IMG/VR virus record: IMGVR_UViG_3300047445_000186
Span: 129,829-193,828 of that record
DNA length: 64,000 nucleotides
Origin: a virus
Reading direction: 5' to 3' (one strand)
Shown: piece by piece, positions 37,354 to 44,870 of the stretch
Layout of the letters: the number at the start of each line of letters is the position of its first letter
Numbering within the stretch: the stretch's first letter is position 1
Position numbers and translations under genes: made by a program
The notes under the pieces: model-generated
Told to the model about the DNA's origin: nothing
Database searches by the model: none
The model's input: the letters and a program-made list of their open reading frames with translations, nothing else

Positions 37354-37700
37354 GACCTTCACGCGAACAAACCTTGAAGTTTCGAGCAAGTTCGCTAAAT
37401 ACAAATGTCCTGAAGTGATGTCGCAGAACATCGATCGTGATCCCGAAAGTGATTACACAAAGATCGAGAACATGTTACATTACTTCTATCGACTCTAACG
37501 AGTCACCAAACTAATTCATTCAGAAACACTTCGGTAGCACAACATGAACACCGCACGCATGATCAATACGAATCGATTCTGGCAGCAACGCCAGACGTTC
37601 GATCGTGCATGCGAGATGAAGCATGAGATTGATACCAAAGGAACGCCCCAGGTAGGAGGCTCGACGGAAACGCTCTAAGCGAACCGAAAAGCAAACCAAA

Positions 37701-37730
37701 CCTGGGGAACTACGAAAGTGGTTCCCCAGG
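37701..37730. promoter_or_regulatory. 10-bp perfect stem-loop (CCTGGGGAAC / GTTCCCCAGG) in the leader upstream of the tRNA array
   Basis: Seen directly in the sequence. Confidence 0.4.
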
Positions 37731-37871
37731 GTCGTTTCTGGAACACCTTAACGATCGTGACGATCGAGACCCTCGGTTTAAGAGACACCGAGCTACCAAA
37801 ACTCCGGACCGCGATAACTCTGGCGAGTAGTCTTCAGCCAGACGAGTGCGAAAAAGGCAAATTGGTTTTAT

Positions 37872-37971
37872 GCCTCTCGATTCGAGAGGCGTTATTTCAA
37901 AACGTGCAGATAGGATTCCGAGGAAAGCTGAAGGCCAGGATTCGGAGGAAGCAGTACGTTTTGAAATAACG
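37872..37971. promoter_or_regulatory. 19-nt perfect palindrome (GCCTCTCGATTCGAGAGGC), then a 14-nt inverted repeat (GTTATTTCAAAACG ... CGTTTTGAAATAAC) ending at the 5' end of the first tRNA
   Basis: Seen directly. Likely a transcription or processing signal for the tRNA array. Confidence 0.4.
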
Positions 37972-38046
37972 GGTCGTTGACAGAGCGGCAGATGTACCTC
38001 CCTCTTAAGGAGATCTAGCAGGGTTCGACTCCCTGGCGACCCACCA
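37971..38046 (+). tRNA. tRNA-Lys(CTT)
   Basis: Manual fold: acceptor GGGTCGT / GCGACCC, T-loop GGTTCGACTCC, anticodon loop CTCTTAA, CCA encoded. Confidence 0.6.
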
Positions 38047-38051
38047 AACAT

Positions 38052-38162
38052 GCCGAGATAGCACGATGGTCGTGCACTTTATGTAAGAGCGAGTGTCTAC
38101 GGGAAACACGGCACTTGACAGAAAAGAAACGGATGGTGGTTCAAATCCATCTCTTGGCGCCA
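38052..38162 (+). tRNA. atypical long tRNA-like gene (about 111 nt; type II or intron-containing, identity unresolved)
   Basis: Acceptor GCCGAGA / TCTTGGC, D-arm GCAC-GATGGTC-GTGC, T-arm GGTGG-TTCAAAT-CCATC, encoded CCA. About 39 extra nt lie between the D- and T-arms. Confidence 0.35.
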
Positions 38163-38168
38163 AACAAT

Positions 38169-38244
38169 GGGACTTTCGTATAGCTGGTGCGTACGGGAGC
38201 TTGAAAACCTTCAGGAAGCGGTTCGATTCCGCTAGGTCCCACCA
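38169..38244 (+). tRNA. tRNA-Phe(GAA)
   Basis: Acceptor GGGACTT / AGGTCCC, anticodon loop TTGAAAA, T-loop GGTTCGATTCC, CCA. Confidence 0.55.
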
Positions 38245-38248
38245 ATTT

Positions 38249-38323
38249 GCTTCGTTCGACTACCGGTTAGGTCGCTAGCCTTTCAAGCTGGAGAAACGGG
38301 TTCGACTCCCGTACGAAGCACCA
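38249..38323 (+). tRNA. tRNA-Glu(TTC)
   Basis: Acceptor GCTTCGT / ACGAAGC, anticodon stem CTAGC / GCTGG with loop CTTTCAA, T-arm ACGGG-TTCGACT-CCCGT. Confidence 0.55.
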
Positions 38324-38330
38324 GAACAAT

Positions 38331-38409
38331 AGGGTTGAAATCGAAGTGGCACGAGATACATGGCTTTGACCCATGGTAATATCAGGTTCGAGTCCTGACA
38401 GCCCTGCCA
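38331..38409 (+). tRNA. tRNA-Gln(TTG)
   Basis: Anticodon stem CATGG / CCATG with loop CTTTGAC, T-arm TCAGG-TTCGAGT-CCTGA, CCA. Confidence 0.55.
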
Positions 38410-38414
38410 AACAT

Positions 38415-38492
38415 ATCAGCGTCGTCTAAATGGTCTAGGACATCAGACTTTCAATCTGAGCAATGCGGGTTCAACTCCCGTCGCTGATGCCA
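38415..38492 (+). tRNA. tRNA-Glu(TTC) (second copy, different backbone)
   Basis: Acceptor ATCAGCG / CGCTGAT, anticodon stem TCAGA / TCTGA with loop CTTTCAA. Confidence 0.5.
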
Positions 38493-38498
38493 AACAAT

Positions 38499-38573
38499 AC
38501 CTTAGTAGCTCAGTGGTAGAGCACCGTCTTGATAAGGCGTAGGTCGTTGGTTCGATTCCAACTTAAGGTACCA
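38499..38573 (+). tRNA. tRNA-Ile(GAT)
   Basis: GCTCAGTGGTAGAGC D-arm, anticodon loop TTGATAA, T-loop GGTTCGATTCC. Confidence 0.6.
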
Positions 38574-38580
38574 GAATAAT

Positions 38581-38654
38581 GGGACGTTCGTATATGGGTA
38601 TTATGTGGCGCTGTCTACGCTACGAAACGGGTTCGAGTCCCGTACGTCCCGCCA
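38581..38654 (+). tRNA. tRNA-Asp(GTC)
   Basis: Acceptor GGGACGT / ACGTCCC, anticodon stem TGGCG / CGCTA with loop CTGTCTA. Confidence 0.6.
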
Positions 38655-38658
38655 AATT

Positions 38659-38733
38659 CGTGCGGTAGCATTATGGTAATGCGCCACCCTCATAAGGTGT
38701 CCCAAGTGGGTTCGATTCCCACCTGCACGACCA
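38659..38733 (+). tRNA. tRNA-Met(CAT) (or Ile2/initiator; CAT anticodon)
   Basis: D-stem GCAT / ATGC, anticodon loop CTCATAA, T-arm GTGGG-TTCGATT-CCCAC. Confidence 0.55.
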
Positions 38734-38744
38734 AGTGTCCTTTG

Positions 38745-38818
38745 CTCCGGTGTAGCTCAGCGGTAGAGCAGCTCGCTGTTAACGAGTTGGTCGTTGGTTC
38801 GATCCCAGCCTCCGGAGC
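38745..38818 (+). tRNA. tRNA-Asn(GTT)
   Basis: GCTCAGCGGTAGAGC D-arm, anticodon stem GCTCG / CGAGT with loop CTGTTAA. No CCA encoded. Exact 5' end uncertain. Confidence 0.5.
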
Positions 38819-38833
38819 AAAGAACATTTCTAT

Positions 38834-38928
38834 TCCCCTGTACTCTAATTGGTAAGAGACCTGGCTGTTAACCAGACGTAAAGGCCGTAAGGCGTAATAT
38901 GCAAGTTCGAAGCTTGCTGGGGGAGCCA
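38834..38928 (+). tRNA. type II (long variable arm) tRNA, anticodon loop CTGTTAA; isotype unresolved
   Basis: 95 nt. Acceptor TCCCCTG / TGGGGGA, T-arm GCAAG-TTCGAAG-CTTGC, variable arm of about 24 nt, CCA. Confidence 0.4.
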
Positions 38929-38978
38929 AGATTAAGAAACCTTACTCACGCGGTCACTCGCGGTCCCGTAGGGTTTAT

Positions 38979-39054
38979 GCGCGGTTAGCTCAGTTGGTAG
39001 AGCAAACGACCGATAATCGTTAGGTCGCTGGTTCGAATCCAGCACTGCGCACCA
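38979..39054 (+). tRNA. tRNA with GAT-like anticodon (loop CCGATAA, C33; Ile-like, identity uncertain)
   Basis: Acceptor GCGCGGT / ACTGCGC, GCTCAGTTGGTAGAGC D-arm, T-loop GGTTCGAATCC, CCA. Confidence 0.5.
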
Positions 39055-39062
39055 CAAATTAT

Positions 39063-39139
39063 GCCTCTTTAGCTCAACTGGATAGAGCACTGGCCTACGA
39101 AGCCGGGGGTTGCAGGTTCGAATCCTGTGAGAGGCACCA
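39063..39139 (+). tRNA. tRNA-Arg(ACG)
   Basis: Anticodon stem CTGGC / GCCGG with loop CTACGAA, T-loop GGTTCGAATCC, CCA. Confidence 0.6.
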
Positions 39140-39214
39140 GAATATTCCGACCGTCAGTGCAAGGTTATCCTTCTACGATTCCCCCTTGCGCGATCTCTTT
39201 GTCGGACGAAACAT

Positions 39215-39288
39215 AGGTCCTTGGTGTAATGGCAGCATGACGGTCTCCAAAACCGTTCGTGGGGGTTCGAGTCCCTCAGGACCTGCCA
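39215..39288 (+). tRNA. tRNA-Trp(CCA)
   Basis: Acceptor AGGTCCT / AGGACCT, anticodon stem ACGGT / ACCGT with loop CTCCAAA, T-arm GGGGG-TTCGAGT-CCCTC. Confidence 0.6.
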
Positions 39289-39357
39289 AGATAACGGTGC
39301 GTTTAGGAACGGACGCTTAATTGCCAACCCCACATAATCTGGCGGCCGAATAACAAT

Positions 39358-39432
39358 GTGCACTTGACAGAATGGTAATGTCGCTGGCTGCAACCCAGTT
39401 GTTCGGGGGTTCGATTCCCTCAGTGCACTCCA
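39358..39432 (+). tRNA. tRNA-Cys(GCA)
   Basis: Acceptor GTGCACT / AGTGCAC, anticodon stem GCTGG / CCAGT with loop CTGCAAC, CCA. Confidence 0.6.
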
Positions 39433-39588
39433 ATTACGACAGGAGCAAGGCGCCCTCGGGCTTGTGGCTAGCTGTGGAAAGTGACCCTCCACCTCCAACG
39501 TCGTTCCAATCAAAGCTTCGTCGTTCCATTCACACGGGTACGCGACTCCGTTTCTCGCAAGAGGTGCAGGGCGAAGCAACGCAATTAT

Positions 39589-39661
39589 AGGTGAGCCAGC
39601 GGCGCTGGACAAGAGCATCCAAAGCTCGAAGTTGGTAGTTCGACTCTGCCATCGCCTGCCA
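39589..39661 (+). tRNA. atypical tRNA-like gene A of a tandem pair (compact D-arm; anticodon loop ATCCAAA)
   Basis: Leader AATTATAGGTGA shared with the next copy. T-arm GGTAG-TTCGACT-CTGCC, encoded CCA. D-region is only CCAGCGGCGCTGG. Confidence 0.4.
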
Positions 39662-39666
39662 ATTAT

Positions 39667-39738
39667 AGGTGATCCATGGGCCGTGGACATGAGCCTCCAA
39701 AACTCGTTGGGACAGTTCGACTCTGTCATTGCCTGCCA
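39667..39738 (+). tRNA. atypical tRNA-like gene B of the tandem pair (anticodon loop CTCCAAA)
   Basis: Same architecture as copy A: AGGTGAT..., D-region CCATGGGCCGTGG, T-arm GACAG-TTCGACT-CTGTC, CCA. Confidence 0.4.
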
Positions 39739-39747
39739 AAATTTATG

Positions 39748-39822
39748 GTGTACGTAGTGTAGTGGTCTGCACCCTAGGCTGTGAACCTGGTAGTGGGAGT
39801 TCGATCCTCCTCGTACACCCCA
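39748..39822 (+). tRNA. tRNA-His(GTG)
   Basis: Acceptor GTGTACG / CGTACAC with an extra encoded G-1 and C73 discriminator. Anticodon stem CTAGG / CCTGG with loop CTGTGAA. Confidence 0.65.
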
Positions 39823-39827
39823 GAATA

Positions 39828-39903
39828 TGTTGCCTCGTGATATGGAAATCGCCCCTGGCTCTGACCCAGGTGGATGACGGTTCGATTCCGTCCGGGGTTG
39901 CCA
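39828..39903 (+). tRNA. tRNA-Gln(CTG)-like (acceptor stem poorly paired)
   Basis: Anticodon stem CCTGG / CCAGG with loop CTCTGAC, T-arm GACGG-TTCGATT-CCGTC, CCA. The 5' acceptor strand does not pair well. Confidence 0.4.
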
Positions 39904-39908
39904 AATAC

Positions 39909-39983
39909 GCCTTGTGAGTGAATGTGGAGAGCACAGCGGTTTCGTATTCCGCAGGACGCAGTTCGACTCTGCGACAAGGCACC
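39909..39983 (+). tRNA. tRNA-Thr(CGT)-like
   Basis: Acceptor GCCTTGT / ACAAGGC perfect, T-arm CGCAG-TTCGACT-CTGCG, anticodon region GCGG-TTTCGTATT-CCGC. Confidence 0.45.
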
Positions 39984-39991
39984 AGAATTAT

Positions 39992-40064
39992 TGGGGTATG
40001 ACATGGACGTTGGCCTGGGCTTTGACCCCGGTGCCGGTCGGTTCGATTCCGACTACCCTTGCCA
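39992..40064 (+). tRNA. tRNA-Gln(TTG)-like (imperfect acceptor)
   Basis: Anticodon stem CTGGG / CCCGG with loop CTTTGAC, T-arm GTCGG-TTCGATT-CCGAC, CCA. Confidence 0.4.
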
Positions 40065-40067
40065 AAC

Positions 40068-40145
40068 ACCGCATTAGCTCAACTGGATCAGAGCGTCGCA
40101 CTCCGAAGGCGACAGATGTGGGTTCGAATCCCATGTGTGGTACCA
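40068..40145 (+). tRNA. tRNA-Arg(CCG)
   Basis: GCTCAACTGGATCAGAGC D-arm, anticodon loop CTCCGAA, T-arm GTGGG-TTCGAAT-CCCAT, CCA. Confidence 0.55.
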
Positions 40146-40152
40146 AAATTAC

Positions 40153-40228
40153 GCCGTCATAGCTCAGTTGGTAGAGCAGTTCCTTGGTATGGAGAAGGTC
40201 AGGGGTTCGATTCCTCTTGACGGCACCA
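40153..40228 (+). tRNA. tRNA-Thr(GGT)
   Basis: Acceptor GCCGTCA / TGACGGC, GCTCAGTTGGTAGAGC D-arm, anticodon loop TTGGTAT, CCA. Confidence 0.6.
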
Positions 40229-40420
40229 GTTTAGCACATGCTCGGCATGATAACACAGGGTCATTGATCCGGACATGTTCGATCTGCGGTCTGACGTAGG
40301 AGTACGGCAAAGACAAGCTCGGAACGGGAACTCCCATGTGCTGATTCATTACTTGAAAGGAGCGCGTAATGCGTACGTCAGTTTCGACGCCTAGCGCGTC
40401 TGGTAAACGCCATACACTTT

Positions 40421-40496
40421 GGGTGTATGGCGTAAAGGTTAGCGCATCGGGCTTTTAACCCGTAAGGTCAGAGTTCGACTCTCTGTGCACCCACCA
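40421..40496 (+). tRNA. tRNA-Lys(TTT)
   Basis: Acceptor GGGTGTA / TGCACCC, anticodon loop CTTTTAA, T-arm CAGAG-TTCGACT-CTCTG, CCA. Confidence 0.55.
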
Positions 40497-40582
40497 ATCT
40501 GAAGGCCTGCTCGAGAAATCGCGCGGGCTTTTTTCGTTACATCAACGCGGTGATGTTACAACTCGGGTTGTACAATGCAATC

Positions 40583-41428
40583 ATGAAACACGTACTCACC
40601 GCCCTTCTGATCGCTGCCTCGCAGTCCGCGTTCGCTGGATTCTTCAGCGACAGCTTCGACATCGAGCTACAGAACATCCTCACGGTCCGAAAGGATTCCG
40701 TGACGGTCGAGCTGCACGCGCCAAAGAAGCAGCTGCAGTCGAAACCTGCCGTGATCTTCATGGGCGGATGCGACGGCTCGGTCTCGGACGGTGCGAAGGT
40801 CGTGATCAAGAGCCTCGTCGATCGAGGTGTTCTCGTGGCCGAGCTGAAGTCGCTCAGAATCTGGGGCCGCAGCGCGAACGCCTGCACCGGTGAAAAGGGC
40901 GCCCTTGAAGGTTGGCAGCGAGCGGAGGAAGCGTACCGAGCCCGTGATGAACTCGTGAAGCGAGGATTGGCGAACGAGGAGAACGTCGGCCTGGTCGGTT
41001 TTTCACATGGTGGATGGGCGATCTCGTACGCAGTGTTCCTGAACTCGACGGTCACGTACGAGACGAAGAACTTCAAGCCCTTCAAGGCGGCCGTGGCGTT
41101 CTACCCATGGTGCCAAGAGGACTCGCTCTCGCACGATCTGCGAACTCCGACCCTGATGCTGATCGGCGCGAAGGACACGTGGACTCCGCTCGATCGCTGC
41201 ACGAGACTCGAAGAACGTGCAAAGAAGGCTGGCACGCATGATCAACCGCTCGAGCTGGTCGTGTACGAGAATGCATCGCACTCGTACGACAACGACAAGC
41301 CGCGGCGATCCGCTCCGACTGGCAAGGGTTTCGCTGACCTCTGGTACGACAAGGAAGCGACTGACGACTCGCTCGCCAGGACGATGGCCTGGTTCGAGAA
41401 GTACATGGAGCTCGGGTCGGACCTCTAA
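40583..41428 (+). CDS. secreted alpha/beta hydrolase (dienelactone hydrolase / esterase-like)
   Basis: Signal peptide MKHVLTALLIAASQSAFA and GXSXG nucleophile elbow VGFSHGGWA. The listed ORF starts at 40550, but the signal peptide begins at 40583. Confidence 0.55.
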   Translation: MKHVLTALLIAASQSAFAGFFSDSFDIELQNILTVRKDSVTVELHAPKKQLQSKPAVIFMGGCDGSVSDGAKVVIKSLVDRGVLVAELKSLRIWGRSANACTGEKGALEGWQRAEEAYRARDELVKRGLANEENVGLVGFSHGGWAISYAVFLNSTVTYETKNFKPFKAAVAFYPWCQEDSLSHDLRTPTLMLIGAKDTWTPLDRCTRLEERAKKAGTHDQPLELVVYENASHSYDNDKPRRSAPTGKGFADLWYDKEATDDSLARTMAWFEKYMELGSDL

Positions 41429-41590
41429 TCCGTAACCTGAATTCGCAGTCTACCCCGGCTTTGTCCGGGGTAGAATCGTTTCCATGAACACCATCAAACG
41501 CGTGATCTTCAACCCGTGGTTCATTGCGCTGTCCGAAGCAGCCGCATGGGCCATCATCGTAGTTTGTCTCTTCCTGGGAACCGCTGCCAA

Positions 41591-42352
41591 ATGACCACGC
41601 AAACCATCACCCCACCGTCGCCGCTCTTCCTTCTGTCTGAAGGTCGATCACTTTTCGAGGGTGCGCTCGCCGTTCTCCTCACTCCTGCGCTCTTGGCTGC
41701 GGCTCCGAAGGGTGATGGACATTCCGTGTTCTTCATGCCTGGTCTCGGTGCGAACGACCCGACCACGAAGCCAGCCCGTCTGTTCTTCGATCGACTCGGG
41801 TACAACACGAATGGTTGGGGCCAAGGACTGAACTGCGGACCACGACGTGGTGTTCTGGAGACCATGGCCGAGGACATTGATAGGCTGTACGACGAGACCG
41901 GTCCGGTGTCCCTGGTGGGCCACAGCCTCGGTGGTGCGTACGCTCGATATCTGTCCGGTGTTCGACCAACGAAGATCCGTGGTTGCTACTCGCTCGGCTC
42001 GCCTTTCGCTGGTGATCTTGCGCATGCCACGAACGCGTCGCAGGTGTACGAGCTCTTGAGCGGCACGACTGTCCATGACAGCGAGCTCTTGAATGCGATC
42101 GCTGCGACTCCATCCGTTCCAACAACCTCGTTCTTCAGCCGCACCGACGGAGTCGTGGCTTGGCGCTCGAGTCTGCAAGTCGAAGGTCCGCAGTCCGAGT
42201 CGATCGAAGTCCGTGGCTCGCATATCGGCTTGGTCACGAATGCGTCTGTTTGGTACGCGTTGGCCGATCGTCTTGCTCAACCGCAAGGTCAGTGGGAACC
42301 GTTCGATCGTCCGACAGGTTCGGGTTTCCTTTATCCGAATCCGGCACGATGA
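41591..42352 (+). CDS. alpha/beta hydrolase (lipase/esterase-like, GHSLGG motif)
   Basis: LVGHSLGGAYARY GXSXG motif. ATG 41591 (the listed ORF 41516.. has an upstream extension). Confidence 0.55.
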   Translation: MTTQTITPPSPLFLLSEGRSLFEGALAVLLTPALLAAAPKGDGHSVFFMPGLGANDPTTKPARLFFDRLGYNTNGWGQGLNCGPRRGVLETMAEDIDRLYDETGPVSLVGHSLGGAYARYLSGVRPTKIRGCYSLGSPFAGDLAHATNASQVYELLSGTTVHDSELLNAIAATPSVPTTSFFSRTDGVVAWRSSLQVEGPQSESIEVRGSHIGLVTNASVWYALADRLAQPQGQWEPFDRPTGSGFLYPNPAR

Positions 42353-42616
42353 AATTTCGCGCGATTTTTCTCACAAAAATTTCCCACGACGAAAAAAACC
42401 GCATGGCGGGAATTCGTTGGGGAATTCACGACGGCAAGAAGTTCCTTCGGTTCGACTTCTGGACCACGAGCTTTCGAATTACGGGGATGCGATGAAGACA
42501 GTGAAAGACATTTTGTTCGTGGCGGCCATGATCCTCTGCATCAGCGGAGTTCTTTACCTGCGGCAGATCTGGTAGGATGAACTCTCTGTAAATAGTGCAT
42601 CATTTACGGAGCCGTC

Positions 42617-43774
42617 ATGGAACTTACCAAACTCAAGCAGCTGGCCGAATCTCGCCAGTCCGATTTCAAGTACACCGAAAAGCACGTCAAGGGCGCGCTC
42701 TCGAAGGTTATCCTCGAGCTGGAAGGTTCGAGCTCCGGTGCGATGTCGCGCTTGATGACTCGTTATCAGCGCCTCGATCGCTCCGCTAAGCTCCTCGCTG
42801 AAAAGCGGAACGAAGTGAACGCGCAAGTCAAGGACGTTGCTGACCGTCTGTTCGATGCCGAAGACGCAGTTGCTACTCGAATCATCGAGACAATCTCGTA
42901 CACCGTGATGCTCACGAAGTCCGAGAAGGCTGCTGACAAGGAAGACAAGAAGAAGATCGATTACGAGTCCGCGTTCGGCGAACTCTCGCGTCTGGTCCCT
43001 GATCTCGAAGCTGCCGTGAAGAAGATTATCGAGAAGCACACGGAAATCATTCCAGCGAAGGATACTCCTACCGCTCTGCGCGTCACATCGAAGATCGCTG
43101 AATCCGTTGCTGGAACGATCCTCACGAAGATCAAGAGCTTCGTGACCTCGATCAAGGAATGGGCAACTGGATACGACTCGAAGCTTTCAGCTCTGAAGAA
43201 GAAGTTCCCAGTTGGTAAGGTTGTTGCTGAAGCGACCTCGAAGGCATTCGTAAAGAAGACCGACACAGGCGTGCCATCGACTGCAAAGCAACAGCGCATT
43301 GCACGTGACTACTTCGACAAGAAGTTCCCAGACTACGAGCTCCCACTCACGGTCAAGAACGGTCCAGACGGCTCGAAGTACTTCGCAACGACTGCTTCGA
43401 CTGACGACTGGGTGACCTCGAAATCCGGCTGCTGCCGCGTAGCCGCTGATGGTACAATCACTGGTGTGACACTGAACGCGTTCATGAATCTTCCAACTGC
43501 TACCGAAGGAAAGCTGACTGAAGCGGTCGGTTCGAAGAACGTGAAGGAAATTCTGCGTGGTGTGAAGTGGCATCAGACAGATAACGACTGGCACTCGGCG
43601 AAGAGTGTTGCGCGCGAGATCTTCAAGCAACTCGACGATTCGGATATCGACGTGATGCTCGCTCTGCGAAATGCTGCTGAAGTCCAGCGCAAGAAGAATT
43701 CGTTCCTCGGCGCTGCTCTGGCTGAACTCGCCAAGGACCAAGCTGAAAAGCTTGGCACCACGAACCGCGACTAA
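42617..43774 (+). CDS. hypothetical protein (385 aa)
   Basis: ORF. Alpha-helical, Lys/Glu-rich. Confidence 0.5.
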   Translation: MELTKLKQLAESRQSDFKYTEKHVKGALSKVILELEGSSSGAMSRLMTRYQRLDRSAKLLAEKRNEVNAQVKDVADRLFDAEDAVATRIIETISYTVMLTKSEKAADKEDKKKIDYESAFGELSRLVPDLEAAVKKIIEKHTEIIPAKDTPTALRVTSKIAESVAGTILTKIKSFVTSIKEWATGYDSKLSALKKKFPVGKVVAEATSKAFVKKTDTGVPSTAKQQRIARDYFDKKFPDYELPLTVKNGPDGSKYFATTASTDDWVTSKSGCCRVAADGTITGVTLNAFMNLPTATEGKLTEAVGSKNVKEILRGVKWHQTDNDWHSAKSVAREIFKQLDDSDIDVMLALRNAAEVQRKKNSFLGAALAELAKDQAEKLGTTNRD

Positions 43775-43782
43775 AGATACAT

Positions 43783-43859
43783 GCCTCTGTAGCACAACTG
43801 GATAGTGCAGCCCTCTTCTAAAGGGTCCGTTGTAGGTTCAAATCCTATCAGAGGTACCA
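43783..43859 (+). tRNA. tRNA-Arg(TCT)
   Basis: Acceptor GCCTCTG / CAGAGGT, D-arm GCAC-AACTGGATA-GTGC, anticodon stem GCCCT / AGGGT with loop CTTCTAA, T-loop GGTTCAAATCC, CCA. Confidence 0.65.
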
Positions 43860-43864
43860 AACTC

Positions 43865-43900
43865 CTGGCCCTGTGCAAGAACACAGGGCCAGTTTTGTTT
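43865..43900 (+). terminator. rho-independent terminator (11-bp stem CTGGCCCTGTG / CACAGGGCCAG, then TTTTGTTT)
   Basis: Seen directly downstream of tRNA-Arg. Confidence 0.7.
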
Positions 43901-44032
43901 CCGGGGTCCGTTACAACTGCAGTCCGCTGCTTGTCAAGCGTTACATTTGAAATGTGTACAACCATCGCGGTGGGGATACTATTCAACTGTCAACTTCGAC
44001 AAACAACCTGTGAACTTAGTTAGGAGATTCTC

Positions 44033-44404
44033 ATGACCGCAGCACAAACCGCCGTTTCCACCCCCGCCCGTCATCTGACCGTCGTGTCCAGCGGCAAGGC
44101 CCCGAAGGCCAAGGTCGCGAAGACCACGAAGGCCAAGAAGCCCGCCGTCGCCAAGGTCCGCGCCCCGGCCAAGGAGCTGATGGCCGCTCGCCGCCGGATG
44201 TTCTTCGGTGCCTCGTACATGAACGGTGTCCTGGGTGGTTTCCACCGCGACGTCGCCAAGATGGTCCAGCACGCCGCCCACCTGAAGCTCGGCTCGCCGT
44301 CGCAGCTGAAGGCGCTCAAGGTCGAGACCCTGCGCGAGAAGCTGGCCGACGCCATCCTGTCCACCCCGAACGGCTCGGAACCGTTCTCGATCAAGCTGCA
44401 GTAA
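44033..44404 (+). CDS. histone H1-like Lys/Ala-rich DNA-binding protein
   Basis: N-terminal AKAKVAKTTKAKKPAVAKVRAPAK repeats. RBS AGGAGA. Local GC is markedly higher than surrounding genes. Confidence 0.55.
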   Translation: MTAAQTAVSTPARHLTVVSSGKAPKAKVAKTTKAKKPAVAKVRAPAKELMAARRRMFFGASYMNGVLGGFHRDVAKMVQHAAHLKLGSPSQLKALKVETLREKLADAILSTPNGSEPFSIKLQ

Positions 44405-44590
44405 TCTCTGCACGCCGATCCACCCTCTCGCCCGCGGCTCATCATCGCGGGCGAGACTGTTTCTGCACGCTATCTGTCACCTAATGCCTGTAATCTCGCG
44501 CCTCTCAGGTGTCTTTTGACATGTCTGGTCGTGCGCAGGGGGATGTCGCCGCTAAATAGACTATCATAAGAATCATCCAGATCCAACACA

Positions 44591-44809
44591 ATGAGCGCCC
44601 CCGCCATGAACCACGACCACGAGCTTTTGAAGGCAGTTCTCGACTGGATTGCAGCCAGTCTGACTGTAGCAGCCTTCGTTTCATGGCTTCCACCTATCGT
44701 GACTTTGCTCACAGGAATTTGGACAGTGACACGCCTGTACGAGGCAATCACTGGGAAGCTGTTCAGCAACACGCGTATCGCAAAGTGGCTGACTGGACGT
44801 AAGCACTGA
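44591..44809 (+). CDS. small membrane protein (72 aa)
   Basis: Two hydrophobic helices (VLDWIAASLTVAAFVSWL, IVTLLTGIWTV). Confidence 0.4.
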   Translation: MSAPAMNHDHELLKAVLDWIAASLTVAAFVSWLPPIVTLLTGIWTVTRLYEAITGKLFSNTRIAKWLTGRKH

Positions 44810-44870
44810 GGATCGTTACAGGATCATCCTGAATTTGGTGTATAATTCACCAACACTTCTGGAGATCCTC

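Noticed and set aside
38052-38162. Group I intron within the 111-nt tRNA
   Set aside because: The extra sequence (about 39 nt) is far too short for a group I or II intron. If it is an insertion, it is a short bulge-helix-bulge-type insertion or an expanded variable region, so it is reported only as an atypical tRNA.
37710-40349. Track ORFs overlapping the tRNA array (37710-38051, 37718-37969, 38673-38929, 39154-40349)
   Set aside because: They run through consecutive tRNA genes or the structured leader. They have no RBS, and their products are repetitive (for example GSIP / VRFP from T-arm sequences).
40229-40420. Possible extra tRNA in the 190-nt gap before tRNA-Lys(TTT)
   Set aside because: It contains GTTCGATCTGCGG and GTTTCGACGCC fragments, but no acceptor, D-arm, anticodon or T-arm arrangement could be folded. 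It is probably a spacer or degenerate tRNA remnant.
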